20,531 nucleotides of DNA from assembly GCA_964534625.1 (NCBI GenBank), contig CAZHRF010000035.1:13578-34108 (forward strand), read 5' to 3'. Source of the stretch: an uncultured archaeon (lineage in GTDB: Archaea; Asgardarchaeota; Heimdallarchaeia; Heimdallarchaeales; Heimdallarchaeaceae). Position 1 is the stretch's first letter; each line of letters opens with the position of its first letter. This document shows positions 8,593 to 16,554 of this stretch, piece by piece. The notes under the pieces are model-generated. The model ran no database searches. It was not told the DNA's origin and saw nothing but the letters and a program-made list of their open reading frames with translations. The translations under genes and the position numbers were made by a program.

Positions 8593-8789
8593 TGTTTTTC
8601 CAGTAAGTAATTGTGAGAATTTGTACAATTTTGCAAAGTTTTCCATTATTCTTTTTCTTTCTTTTTTGAAATAGAAACTAGTTAGTATATTGTTTACATC
8701 TGTAGACTTCATTAGAATCAAGATGAGCACTTATAGTGGCTTTGACATTCGACAGTCTTATTCGATAAAACTTCTTATCTTTAATTTTA

Positions 8790-9350
8790 TTATGCTTCGC
8801 CTACTTTCTCGTTAAGTTTCTCTGTAGATTGCATTAATCCAGCTATATTCTTCGGGGTAAAGAAACCATCAAAATCGCCAAATCGCTGAATATATTCAAT
8901 AATATGATTGCTAGATTCGGTAGGTAAGGAAAATATTTGCTTAATCCCTTCTTCTTCACTCCCCATGACTTCTTCTGAAGTAAACTTTATTCCACGCTTT
9001 TTTTGTATTTGTACTACTTTTTCGATGTCTTTTACTAAGTAAGCCAAATGGTGTACTCTTCCCCCATATTTCTGGCAATATTTTTCTACGATAGAATCTT
9101 CTGATAGTCCTTCGCTAATTACTATAACTGGCAGAGTATCGTGTAATTTGATACATGTAGTGATGGCATTAGCATGCGCAACCTTAAACGATTTATACTT
9201 TTTATAAGGTAAAACGTTCATTAATTCAGCCATCAGTTTTTCTCTCTCACCCATTTTAACTCTATATGCCAAGTGATCAAGTTTTATAATTAAATCTTCT
9301 AGGCCTGTTTCTTGCAGTTCTTTATTTAATTTTTCAATATTCAATTCCAT
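8790..9350 (-). CDS. VOC/glyoxalase-superfamily metalloenzyme resembling the catalytic C-terminal domain of 4-hydroxyphenylpyruvate dioxygenase
   Basis: LDHLAYRV, GGRVHHLAY, IKQIFS, IIEYIQR and GFFTPKNIAGLMQSTE parallel the HPPD C-terminal motifs. SD-like GAGGAG upstream. Confidence 0.8.
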   Translation of the reverse strand: MELNIEKLNKELQETGLEDLIIKLDHLAYRVKMGEREKLMAELMNVLPYKKYKSFKVAHANAITTCIKLHDTLPVIVISEGLSEDSIVEKYCQKYGGRVHHLAYLVKDIEKVVQIQKKRGIKFTSEEVMGSEEEGIKQIFSLPTESSNHIIEYIQRFGDFDGFFTPKNIAGLMQSTEKLNEKVGEA

Positions 9351-9535
9351 TTTAATCTCCTCAGTTTAACTTCTTATGAAATTTAAAAATTTTATCAAAT
9401 AACAACTTTAGTATCAACTGTCATTTCATGTTTTCTTATTCCAACTCTTTCTATTTTGATTTGCTAACATTTTTTGTGTACACTCTACATCTAGGGGTGA
9501 GAAGATTTAATAATAACTGATAATTTGGAAAAATA

Positions 9536-10843
9536 ATGGTTATAGCTTCAAAACGTTCTTCAAAACGTCTTATTACATTTGATCTTGTTAAATCTGTTGC
9601 CATTCTTGGCATGGTTTTTCTTCACTCATTTTTATATAATTGGGAAGGAGCGGAAGACGCAAGGATACTACCTGGTGATCCTCCTCCTGATGTTATTGTA
9701 CAAGTACTTTTTTATATTATCTCGATGGCTGGTCTGTTTTTTATCATTTCAAGTGCTTTAACGAGTTATAAAGCCTATAATAGGTTAGTCTCAAAGAAAA
9801 ATACACTTAAGCAACTCACTTGGAGCGGGATAATAACCGGTATTGTTATTTATTTTGTGCACTTCTTTTTTATTCTGGTAGTAAAACCTGAATCAGGCTA
9901 TCTTTATTTGTGGATTTTGAATGATCCTGAACAACCCATACTCTCTTTGTCCCAGATGTTACAAGCATTAATTCATCAAGACGCTTTGGCAATTATTGGT
10001 TTAAATTTAATTGTTGTTTCACTTGTTCTAAATCTGCTTTTCAGAAATGAAGGATATACACGATCTACCCGAAACTATGTTATACTCGGTATAGTGGGAA
10101 CAGTTATTCTGGCGTTAACCCCTTTTGTTAGATCGATTCTTTTTCCTATAGTTCAAGCTGCAATAGACAATGAAAAATATCTATTTGCGATGATGATCAA
10201 TAGTCTATGTGGTGATTGGTTTCCACTCTTTCCATATCTTGGTTATGCTTTTTATGGTTTAATTTTAGGTCTTGCTTTGGCTAAAAAAGAGTCGTACAAT
10301 AAATCCTCTTTAGTACTTTTTTCTGTAGGTCTTGTTTGGCTTTTAATAGGCTCTCTTGGATTAAAAATTAGATTTGGCTCAATTTATACGGGGCTATATG
10401 AAGAGCTTTCTCATCGGGGGATGGTCTTTCGATCTTTCTTACAATATAGCCAAATTGGCTTGAGTCTTTTACTTATTGTGTTTTTACTGAGAGTATTAGA
10501 CTATAGACCAGATGAAATACGAGAGAAGTATATCAAAAAACTTTCTTGGCTAAATAGATCGGGGTTGGTTTCCCTTACTATATTTCTTTATGAAGCATTA
10601 GTAAAAGCTCTTTTTGGTAGGCTTCTATACTTTATCTGGCCTTTATGGGCAAAAGAAATGTGGTCTATAGCTATCTTTGGTTTTATTAGTGTGATGTTCT
10701 GGATTGTTATAGCAAAACTTTGGCAAAGTATTAATTTTAAAGGCAGTCTTGAATGGACTATCCCCAAAATTGTTGAATTGTTTACAGGCAAGAAGACAGA
10801 TAAATTTGTACATTCACTTCCCAATGGTTCGCATGCAAAGTAG
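9536..10843 (+). CDS. Polytopic membrane protein, DUF1624/HGSNAT-like acyltransferase or DUF418-like family
   Basis: KRLITFDLVKSVAILGMVFLH, FPLFPYLGYAFYG, SLTIFLYE and KGSLEW, with about 10-11 hydrophobic segments. TATA-like TTTAATAA at 9506-9513. Confidence 0.8.
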   Translation: MVIASKRSSKRLITFDLVKSVAILGMVFLHSFLYNWEGAEDARILPGDPPPDVIVQVLFYIISMAGLFFIISSALTSYKAYNRLVSKKNTLKQLTWSGIITGIVIYFVHFFFILVVKPESGYLYLWILNDPEQPILSLSQMLQALIHQDALAIIGLNLIVVSLVLNLLFRNEGYTRSTRNYVILGIVGTVILALTPFVRSILFPIVQAAIDNEKYLFAMMINSLCGDWFPLFPYLGYAFYGLILGLALAKKESYNKSSLVLFSVGLVWLLIGSLGLKIRFGSIYTGLYEELSHRGMVFRSFLQYSQIGLSLLLIVFLLRVLDYRPDEIREKYIKKLSWLNRSGLVSLTIFLYEALVKALFGRLLYFIWPLWAKEMWSIAIFGFISVMFWIVIAKLWQSINFKGSLEWTIPKIVELFTGKKTDKFVHSLPNGSHAK

Positions 10844-10925
10844 TTTTTCATATAATATCAATATTATAGCTAATTTTTATAAAGCATAACTCCTTATATA
10901 GAATATTAGGGTATTGGTGTATTAG

Positions 10926-13100
10926 ATGACTGTTCATAGGATTAAAGTGCTCTATTTAGATGATGAAAAGGCGCTGTTAGAAATTACTAAACTTTTTTTG
11001 GAAAAAGAGCATGATACATTGGAGGTAATAACGTCTGATTCCCCAGAAGAGATTATTGAAAATTGGGAGAGATATAGCGATTCTATCAATGTTATCGTAT
11101 CTGATTATCAAATGCCTAATATGAATGGCACAGACTTTCTAGAAGTTTTGAGAAAAGAAAAGCAATCTGATATCCCTTTTATCATTTTTACTGGCAAGGG
11201 ACGAGAAGAAGTTGCCATCAAAGCGTTAAATCTTGGTGCTAATCGATATATACAAAAAGGGTCTGACATTCAATCACAATATGGGGTTTTAGCACAAGCC
11301 ATTATTCAAGAAGCTAATTATTGGCGTATCAAAAAGGAAAACCTTCAACATATTAAGGAAAACGTCCAAACATTAAAAATTTTGCAGACAAGCTGGAACG
11401 CTATACCTGATATAATAGGAATTCAAGATAATAATTACAATATTATCCGATATAATGAGGCAGGTTATAGATTTCTTGGTATGATCCAAGATGAAGTTCG
11501 TGGTAAGAAATGTTATGAATTGATAGGAAGGAAAACCAATTGTGAAATCTGTGCAACGAAAGAAGTATACAAAACAAAACAACCAGCTGAAGTTGAAAAG
11601 TATGTGGAAGAGGTTGACAAATGGTTTAATGTAAGGGCATATCCACTCTTTGACGAGATGGGGGAAATAAAAAATATAATCGAACACTTGCGGGATATTA
11701 CGAAAAGAAAACAGACAGAAATCGAGTTAAGAGAAAAAAATGTACTCTATGAAACGATGGTACAAAACCATCCAGCAGGGATTGCTATTATAGGGCGAGA
11801 TTATAAAATTGATTTTGTGAATAACCAACTAACAGAACTTACAGGGTATAACAATGAAGAATTGGTGGGAAAGGATTTTCGTTTATTTCTAAGTGAGAAA
11901 AGCAAAGAGTTTGTAGCTAAAAAATATTTAGACCGTCGTGAAGGAAAGAAACTTGCTTCTGTTTATGAATTTAATCTCTTGAGCAAAGAAAATAAAGAGA
12001 TTCCAGCAGAGATGCATGTTTCTATTTTTAAGATTGGAGGTGAAGTAAAAAGTTTAGCTCAAATGTTAGATATATCTAAAACTAAAAAAAATGAAGAACG
12101 CTGGAAATATGCTTTAGAGGGATCTAAAACAGGAGTTTGGGATTGGACTATTTCCTCTGGGCAAGTCTATTTTTCAGCTATTTGGAAAAAGATGCTAGGT
12201 TTTAATGAATCTGAAATACAGAATGATTTAGAAGAATGGGACAAACGCATACATCCAGAGGATAGAGAAATGGTTTACGAAGTGCTCAATGCTCATCTGG
12301 CTGGTGAAACGCCATATTATGAAGTTGAACACAGGATACAAACACGTGATGGAGCATACAAATGGATCCTTGATAGAGGGAAAGTATTTGAATGGAACAA
12401 TGATGGGGAACCAATTAGAGCTGTTGGCACCCATATTGATATTGATGAAGAAAAACGACAAAGAGAAAGAGAAAGTTTTTTGTTTGATTTACTTAATCAT
12501 GATTTAAAAAACAAAAATATGGTCATTAAAGGATATTTGGACTTATTAGGTGAAATTGAACTCAATAAAAAAGCAAATGAGATTATCCAGCGAACATTAG
12601 AGACAGTGAACCAAACTGCCACTCAATTAGAAAAGATCCATATGTTGCGAGGATTAGAAGAGCAAAGTGATAGAATAATCAATTTGGATAAAATACTGAC
12701 TTCTGTTATAAACCAAAATAAAGTAGCAGCTAAAGAAGCAAATATTAGTATAAACTATACAAATCAAGCTGCACAAGTTAAAGCAGGTATCTTATTACAA
12801 GAAGCGTTTTATAATCTCATAGAAAATGCAATAAAGCACTCAGAATGTTCAAACATTATTGTTGAAGTAGAAAAACATGACAAATTTGTATTAGTCAAAA
12901 TTATTGATGATGGAAAAGGTATTGATAGTGACTTGATTAATAACATATTTGATAATGGGAATGGCGATGGAACTGATTCTTGTGCTGGCTGTTTAGGACT
13001 AAGATTGGTTCGCAAATTAATTTATACATACAAAGGCGAAATATCTATTATAAATGAAAATGGAACGAAAATAACGATAAAGCTTCGTTCGGCAGCTTAA
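10926..13100 (+). CDS. Cytoplasmic hybrid sensor histidine kinase, REC-PAS-PAS-PAS-HisKA-HATPase
   Basis: REC: YLDDE, SDYQMP, IFTGKGREEVAIKALNLGA, IQKG. Three PAS/PAC segments. H-box NHDLKN, N-box NLIENAIKH, G1 DDGKGI, G2 GCLGL. No TM helix. Confidence 0.93.
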   Translation: MTVHRIKVLYLDDEKALLEITKLFLEKEHDTLEVITSDSPEEIIENWERYSDSINVIVSDYQMPNMNGTDFLEVLRKEKQSDIPFIIFTGKGREEVAIKALNLGANRYIQKGSDIQSQYGVLAQAIIQEANYWRIKKENLQHIKENVQTLKILQTSWNAIPDIIGIQDNNYNIIRYNEAGYRFLGMIQDEVRGKKCYELIGRKTNCEICATKEVYKTKQPAEVEKYVEEVDKWFNVRAYPLFDEMGEIKNIIEHLRDITKRKQTEIELREKNVLYETMVQNHPAGIAIIGRDYKIDFVNNQLTELTGYNNEELVGKDFRLFLSEKSKEFVAKKYLDRREGKKLASVYEFNLLSKENKEIPAEMHVSIFKIGGEVKSLAQMLDISKTKKNEERWKYALEGSKTGVWDWTISSGQVYFSAIWKKMLGFNESEIQNDLEEWDKRIHPEDREMVYEVLNAHLAGETPYYEVEHRIQTRDGAYKWILDRGKVFEWNNDGEPIRAVGTHIDIDEEKRQRERESFLFDLLNHDLKNKNMVIKGYLDLLGEIELNKKANEIIQRTLETVNQTATQLEKIHMLRGLEEQSDRIINLDKILTSVINQNKVAAKEANISINYTNQAAQVKAGILLQEAFYNLIENAIKHSECSNIIVEVEKHDKFVLVKIIDDGKGIDSDLINNIFDNGNGDGTDSCAGCLGLRLVRKLIYTYKGEISIINENGTKITIKLRSAA

Positions 13101-13271
13101 TTTTTCGAATGCTCTATTTTATATTCGTTTGCAACTATATGGGCTTATAGCAAAGGTAAAGGGGGTTGGTTTTAGGGAAATTATCCATATCCATATTCTT
13201 GATTGTTAATTTACTTTTATAGCTAATAAATACTGTGTTTATACCTACTATACAGATTTCTAGCAGGACTT

Positions 13272-14174
13272 TCATCTTATTCTTATAGGTAAAAACATTG
13301 GAACGCTCCTTTTATATTTTTCATATTCTTCATATCGTTCTTGTAATCTCTCTTCGATCATTGGAATGCTAATAAAAATAAAAAGTAATGTGATGCTTAC
13401 CGGTCCAATTATTGTCCACCAATATTGTGGATCAGTAGCCAAACAGAAAAGATACAAACCCCACCAAAAACTTACTTCGCCAAAGTAGTTGGGATGTCTG
13501 CTGTGCTTCCATAGTCCTTCATTTATTATTTCCCCTTGTTTTTTATTCTTAGAAAATCTAATTAACTGTTGGTCACTAATTGCTTCTACCATTATAGCAG
13601 TAAACGTAACAATTGTAGCTGTAACATCCAAGATATTAAATGGTGTTGTCACATGTGTCAACACAGGGTAAAGGGATAAACAGCCAAGAAACACAAGTAT
13701 GGTGGGCATAAGCTCGATTCCAGTGAGGTTGATTAACCAAAAATATTTGGGATTTTCTTTTCTAAGTTTTTCATACCTCCAATCAACATGGCTCATTCCT
13801 CCCCATCCTCTTGCCCAATTATAGGTTAATCTACCACCCCAGAAAATAACAAGAAATAAAACCAAGATCTGTCTAATAGTCAAATCAAATACTGTACTAT
13901 TTGTTGTTGATAACCAGTAGAAGGCTATAGGAATTGGGGCCACAGACCAATATGGGTCGTAGAGGCTCGCATTATTGAAAACGACATTAAATAGATAAAT
14001 AGTCAATGTGGCTCCAATATCAGCTATAAGAGCAATAAAGATAGGATGAATAGTTTTAGGCAAAATAATAGTAATTAAGATTGCTACAATAAGTGCTATA
14101 ACATAAGAAAAAAAACAGATTATGAATGCAATATTTCTACTCATTTTTGAACTTTTTTTTCCCATTTTGTTCAT
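13272..14174 (-). CDS. DUF1295 family membrane protein (steroid 5-alpha-reductase/ICMT clan)
   Basis: NASLYDPYWS, DWRY, EAISDQQL, GLWKHSRHPNYFGE and YEKYKRSVPMFLP, with multiple TM segments. Confidence 0.9.
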   Translation of the reverse strand: MNKMGKKSSKMSRNIAFIICFFSYVIALIVAILITIILPKTIHPIFIALIADIGATLTIYLFNVVFNNASLYDPYWSVAPIPIAFYWLSTTNSTVFDLTIRQILVLFLVIFWGGRLTYNWARGWGGMSHVDWRYEKLRKENPKYFWLINLTGIELMPTILVFLGCLSLYPVLTHVTTPFNILDVTATIVTFTAIMVEAISDQQLIRFSKNKKQGEIINEGLWKHSRHPNYFGEVSFWWGLYLFCLATDPQYWWTIIGPVSITLLFIFISIPMIEERLQERYEEYEKYKRSVPMFLPIRIR

Positions 14175-14337
14175 ATCCTTAAATCAATAACTGATTATCA
14201 TCTAAACTTGTAATTAAAATTTATCATATGAAGTTATACTTAGGTAACAAAAAGTGTATGTAGCATGTTTTCTTTTTATTACTTCTATCTTTTTGGGACT
14301 AAACTATACTTTTTATTTTAGTATGGAATAAGCTATC

Positions 14338-14715
14338 ATGAAGATAATGAGCTCAAATCTAGAGAAGAAAATATTAATTGTCGATGATGAAAGTGATATC
14401 CGAGAAATTTTTAGAATCGCATTAGAGAAATACAAAGTATTCACAGCAAAAGACGGTAAGGCAGCTATTGGTGCTTACATTAGTAATAGACCAGATTTGA
14501 CTTTACTAGATTTGCGAATGCCTGATATGGATGGTTTCGAAACAGCAAAAGAGCTCATCAAAATAGATCCCAATGCAAAAATAATGCTCATCTCAGCGTA
14601 TAATGAGTCAAAACTATCCCAACAGGGTATTGTGGGCCAAGAGTGTATTGTGGGATATCTTAAAAAACCAATTACCATAAAAAAACTAAGAAATAGTATA
14701 GAAAAAATCTTATAA
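14338..14715 (+). CDS. Single-domain CheY-like response regulator
   Basis: ILIVDDE, phosphoacceptor LLDLRMPDMDG, ISA and YLKKP. No output domain. Confidence 0.93.
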   Translation: MKIMSSNLEKKILIVDDESDIREIFRIALEKYKVFTAKDGKAAIGAYISNRPDLTLLDLRMPDMDGFETAKELIKIDPNAKIMLISAYNESKLSQQGIVGQECIVGYLKKPITIKKLRNSIEKIL

Positions 14716-14892
14716 TACACCTTAACAGACTTGAAAGTGGGAGAATGCGTATTAAATGTATATCTGCTCGTTTGATTTGTGGGTGTTTTAAAAGTAATTT
14801 AGTTTATTTTAACCTTCCAAAGAGATTGTATCTTCATATATGTTAGTACATTCGTATAGTTTTTAATACTCGCCTACAAATAGTTTACTGTA

Positions 14893-15345
14893 ATGATTCA
14901 AGCTATCTACCTTATGTCCAAATCTGGCGTACCATTAGTGTTCTTAGATTGTAAATCAAAGATAGAAAATGACGTAACAGAGGCTACTTTATTCACTGGA
15001 GTAATAGCTGCTATTCAAGCAGCTTTAGAAACGATGGCAGTAGGTGATCCTACTTATTTTACATCCTCTGATAATGAGGTTTTCCTTGATGCTTCAAAAA
15101 ATTATGCTTTAGCGCTGATAAAAGATAAAGAAGACCAATACTCTCAGGAACAGATATATGAAATAATCGCTGAAATAAGTAAAAAAATTAATGAACAATT
15201 CCCACAAATAAATGAACAATTTGCCGGAATCAACCCCATTCAAAAGGATACAATAGAATTTATTATTCTCTCGATAATTGAAAGATGGGACGATAAAACA
15301 GCAGAAAGTAGTGCTAGTAAGGTGCTTAGAGATTCTCTTTGGTAA
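14893..15345 (+). CDS. Longin/roadblock-type small protein (Asgard eukaryotic-signature type)
   Basis: MIQAIYLMSKSGVPL followed by helix LFTGVIAAIQAALETM, then beta strands and a long helix. TATA-like TTTTAATA at 14861-14868. Confidence 0.72.
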   Translation: MIQAIYLMSKSGVPLVFLDCKSKIENDVTEATLFTGVIAAIQAALETMAVGDPTYFTSSDNEVFLDASKNYALALIKDKEDQYSQEQIYEIIAEISKKINEQFPQINEQFAGINPIQKDTIEFIILSIIERWDDKTAESSASKVLRDSLW

Positions 15346-15387
15346 AGGACCTGTGTGGACAATTAATCGCAACTATTCGATTCGTGC

Positions 15388-15405
15388 CATTTCATTTCAT
15401 TTCAT
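15388..15405. repeat. Pentanucleotide repeat (CATTT)3CAT
   Basis: CATTTCATTTCATTTCAT between two convergent genes. Confidence 0.6.
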
Positions 15406-15471
15406 AGTATAAATCTAATTATATCGTATTATTATCCTTTGCTGTTTTTTATGTTGGTCTTTAAAATGCTA

Positions 15472-16380
15472 TTATGAGTTATCCTCGAATATTTTTTTAG
15501 GTAAGACTGCGCGAACACCTGGTGTTATATCAACCAATTGACTAATTCGCATATCTACAGTACAACTACAGAGTCCATATGCTTCTTCACGCGTTAATCC
15601 CTTTTCTTGTACCAACCAGTTAATCATGTCACGCAAAGCTATTTTACATGCTTCATCTGTATTTTCTCCCCAAGCTGTAGTCATATAATAGTCTTTGTTC
15701 TCATAATGTGGTCTTTCAATCTTCTTTTCTTTATTGACAACTAATTTAATAGTCACATCAGCATCGATTTCGACAGCTGTCCCGCATACCTCACCATCGC
15801 CTTGCACCGCATGAACATCCCCAACAGCAAAAAGGGCTCCTTCAACAAAAACGGGGAGGTAGACTGTAGTGCCAACAGTACAAGCTCTAGAATCCATATT
15901 TCCTCCGTATTCTTTAGGAATTAACGTACCATGATCATGTTTTACTTCAGTAGGGGCAACTATTAGCGTTCCAGGAAATGGATCAATAGGAATTTTAATA
16001 TTTTTACTGAACAGAGCATAATCGTCCTTAATTGGGATAATTCTTGTCCAAGGTTCGGGAAATTCTGGTGCTAAAAAACCAAACTCAGGAATTATACAAC
16101 AAGCCCCTTGGGAGGCAAGCTCAATATCTAGTATATGTACTTCCAAAGTATCGCCTGGTTCGGCTCCTTCAATATAAACTGGCCCAGTAGCTGGATTGAC
16201 ATGTTCCATATCTAAATCTACAGGAAGATCTGTGGGTTTCTGTATTGCTTGGTTAAAAGCATCTTTGCATTCAAAAATGACTTTGTCTCCAGATTTAATT
16301 TTGAGAACATAATCATTTTGTTTATCTGCGCTGTATACAACATTTTTCATTGAAATACGATGTATTTTTTCTTTCTCCAT
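15472..16380 (-). CDS. Acetamidase/formamidase family protein (FmdA_AmdA)
   Basis: NPATGPVYIEGAEPGDTLEV, GGNMD, VYLPVFVEGAL, GDVHAVQGDGEVCGTAVE and EAYGLCS. Confidence 0.93.
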   Translation of the reverse strand: MEKEKIHRISMKNVVYSADKQNDYVLKIKSGDKVIFECKDAFNQAIQKPTDLPVDLDMEHVNPATGPVYIEGAEPGDTLEVHILDIELASQGACCIIPEFGFLAPEFPEPWTRIIPIKDDYALFSKNIKIPIDPFPGTLIVAPTEVKHDHGTLIPKEYGGNMDSRACTVGTTVYLPVFVEGALFAVGDVHAVQGDGEVCGTAVEIDADVTIKLVVNKEKKIERPHYENKDYYMTTAWGENTDEACKIALRDMINWLVQEKGLTREEAYGLCSCTVDMRISQLVDITPGVRAVLPKKIFEDNS

Positions 16381-16554
16381 TTTCTCTCAGATTCTGGTAT
16401 ATCATCAATAAATTAAAAATCTTTTTGAGTTTTCCGAAATAGTGTTCAACTGCTAAGTTTTCGTGATCACATAAGCAAAAATACAGTCTAGATGGATAAA
16501 CCCTTTAATTTTTTTCTTAATTTGGAAGTACGAGTTGTGAAACCCTTTGTTGTC

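Noticed and set aside
13101-13271. Hairpins and a 19-codon minus-strand ORF between the kinase and DUF1295 as an ncRNA or small peptide
   Set aside because: The stems are short and imperfect, match no RNA family I recognise, and are compatible with convergent termination.
6314-13274. Selenocysteine or pyrrolysine read-through at TGA/TAG stops
   Set aside because: The proteins end at natural domain boundaries, MsrB has a normal catalytic Cys, and I saw no SECIS-like element.
2412-16380. glyA, the FmdE fusion and formamidase as a C1/formamide pathway cluster
   Set aside because: The genes are kilobases apart, on different strands and separated by unrelated genes.
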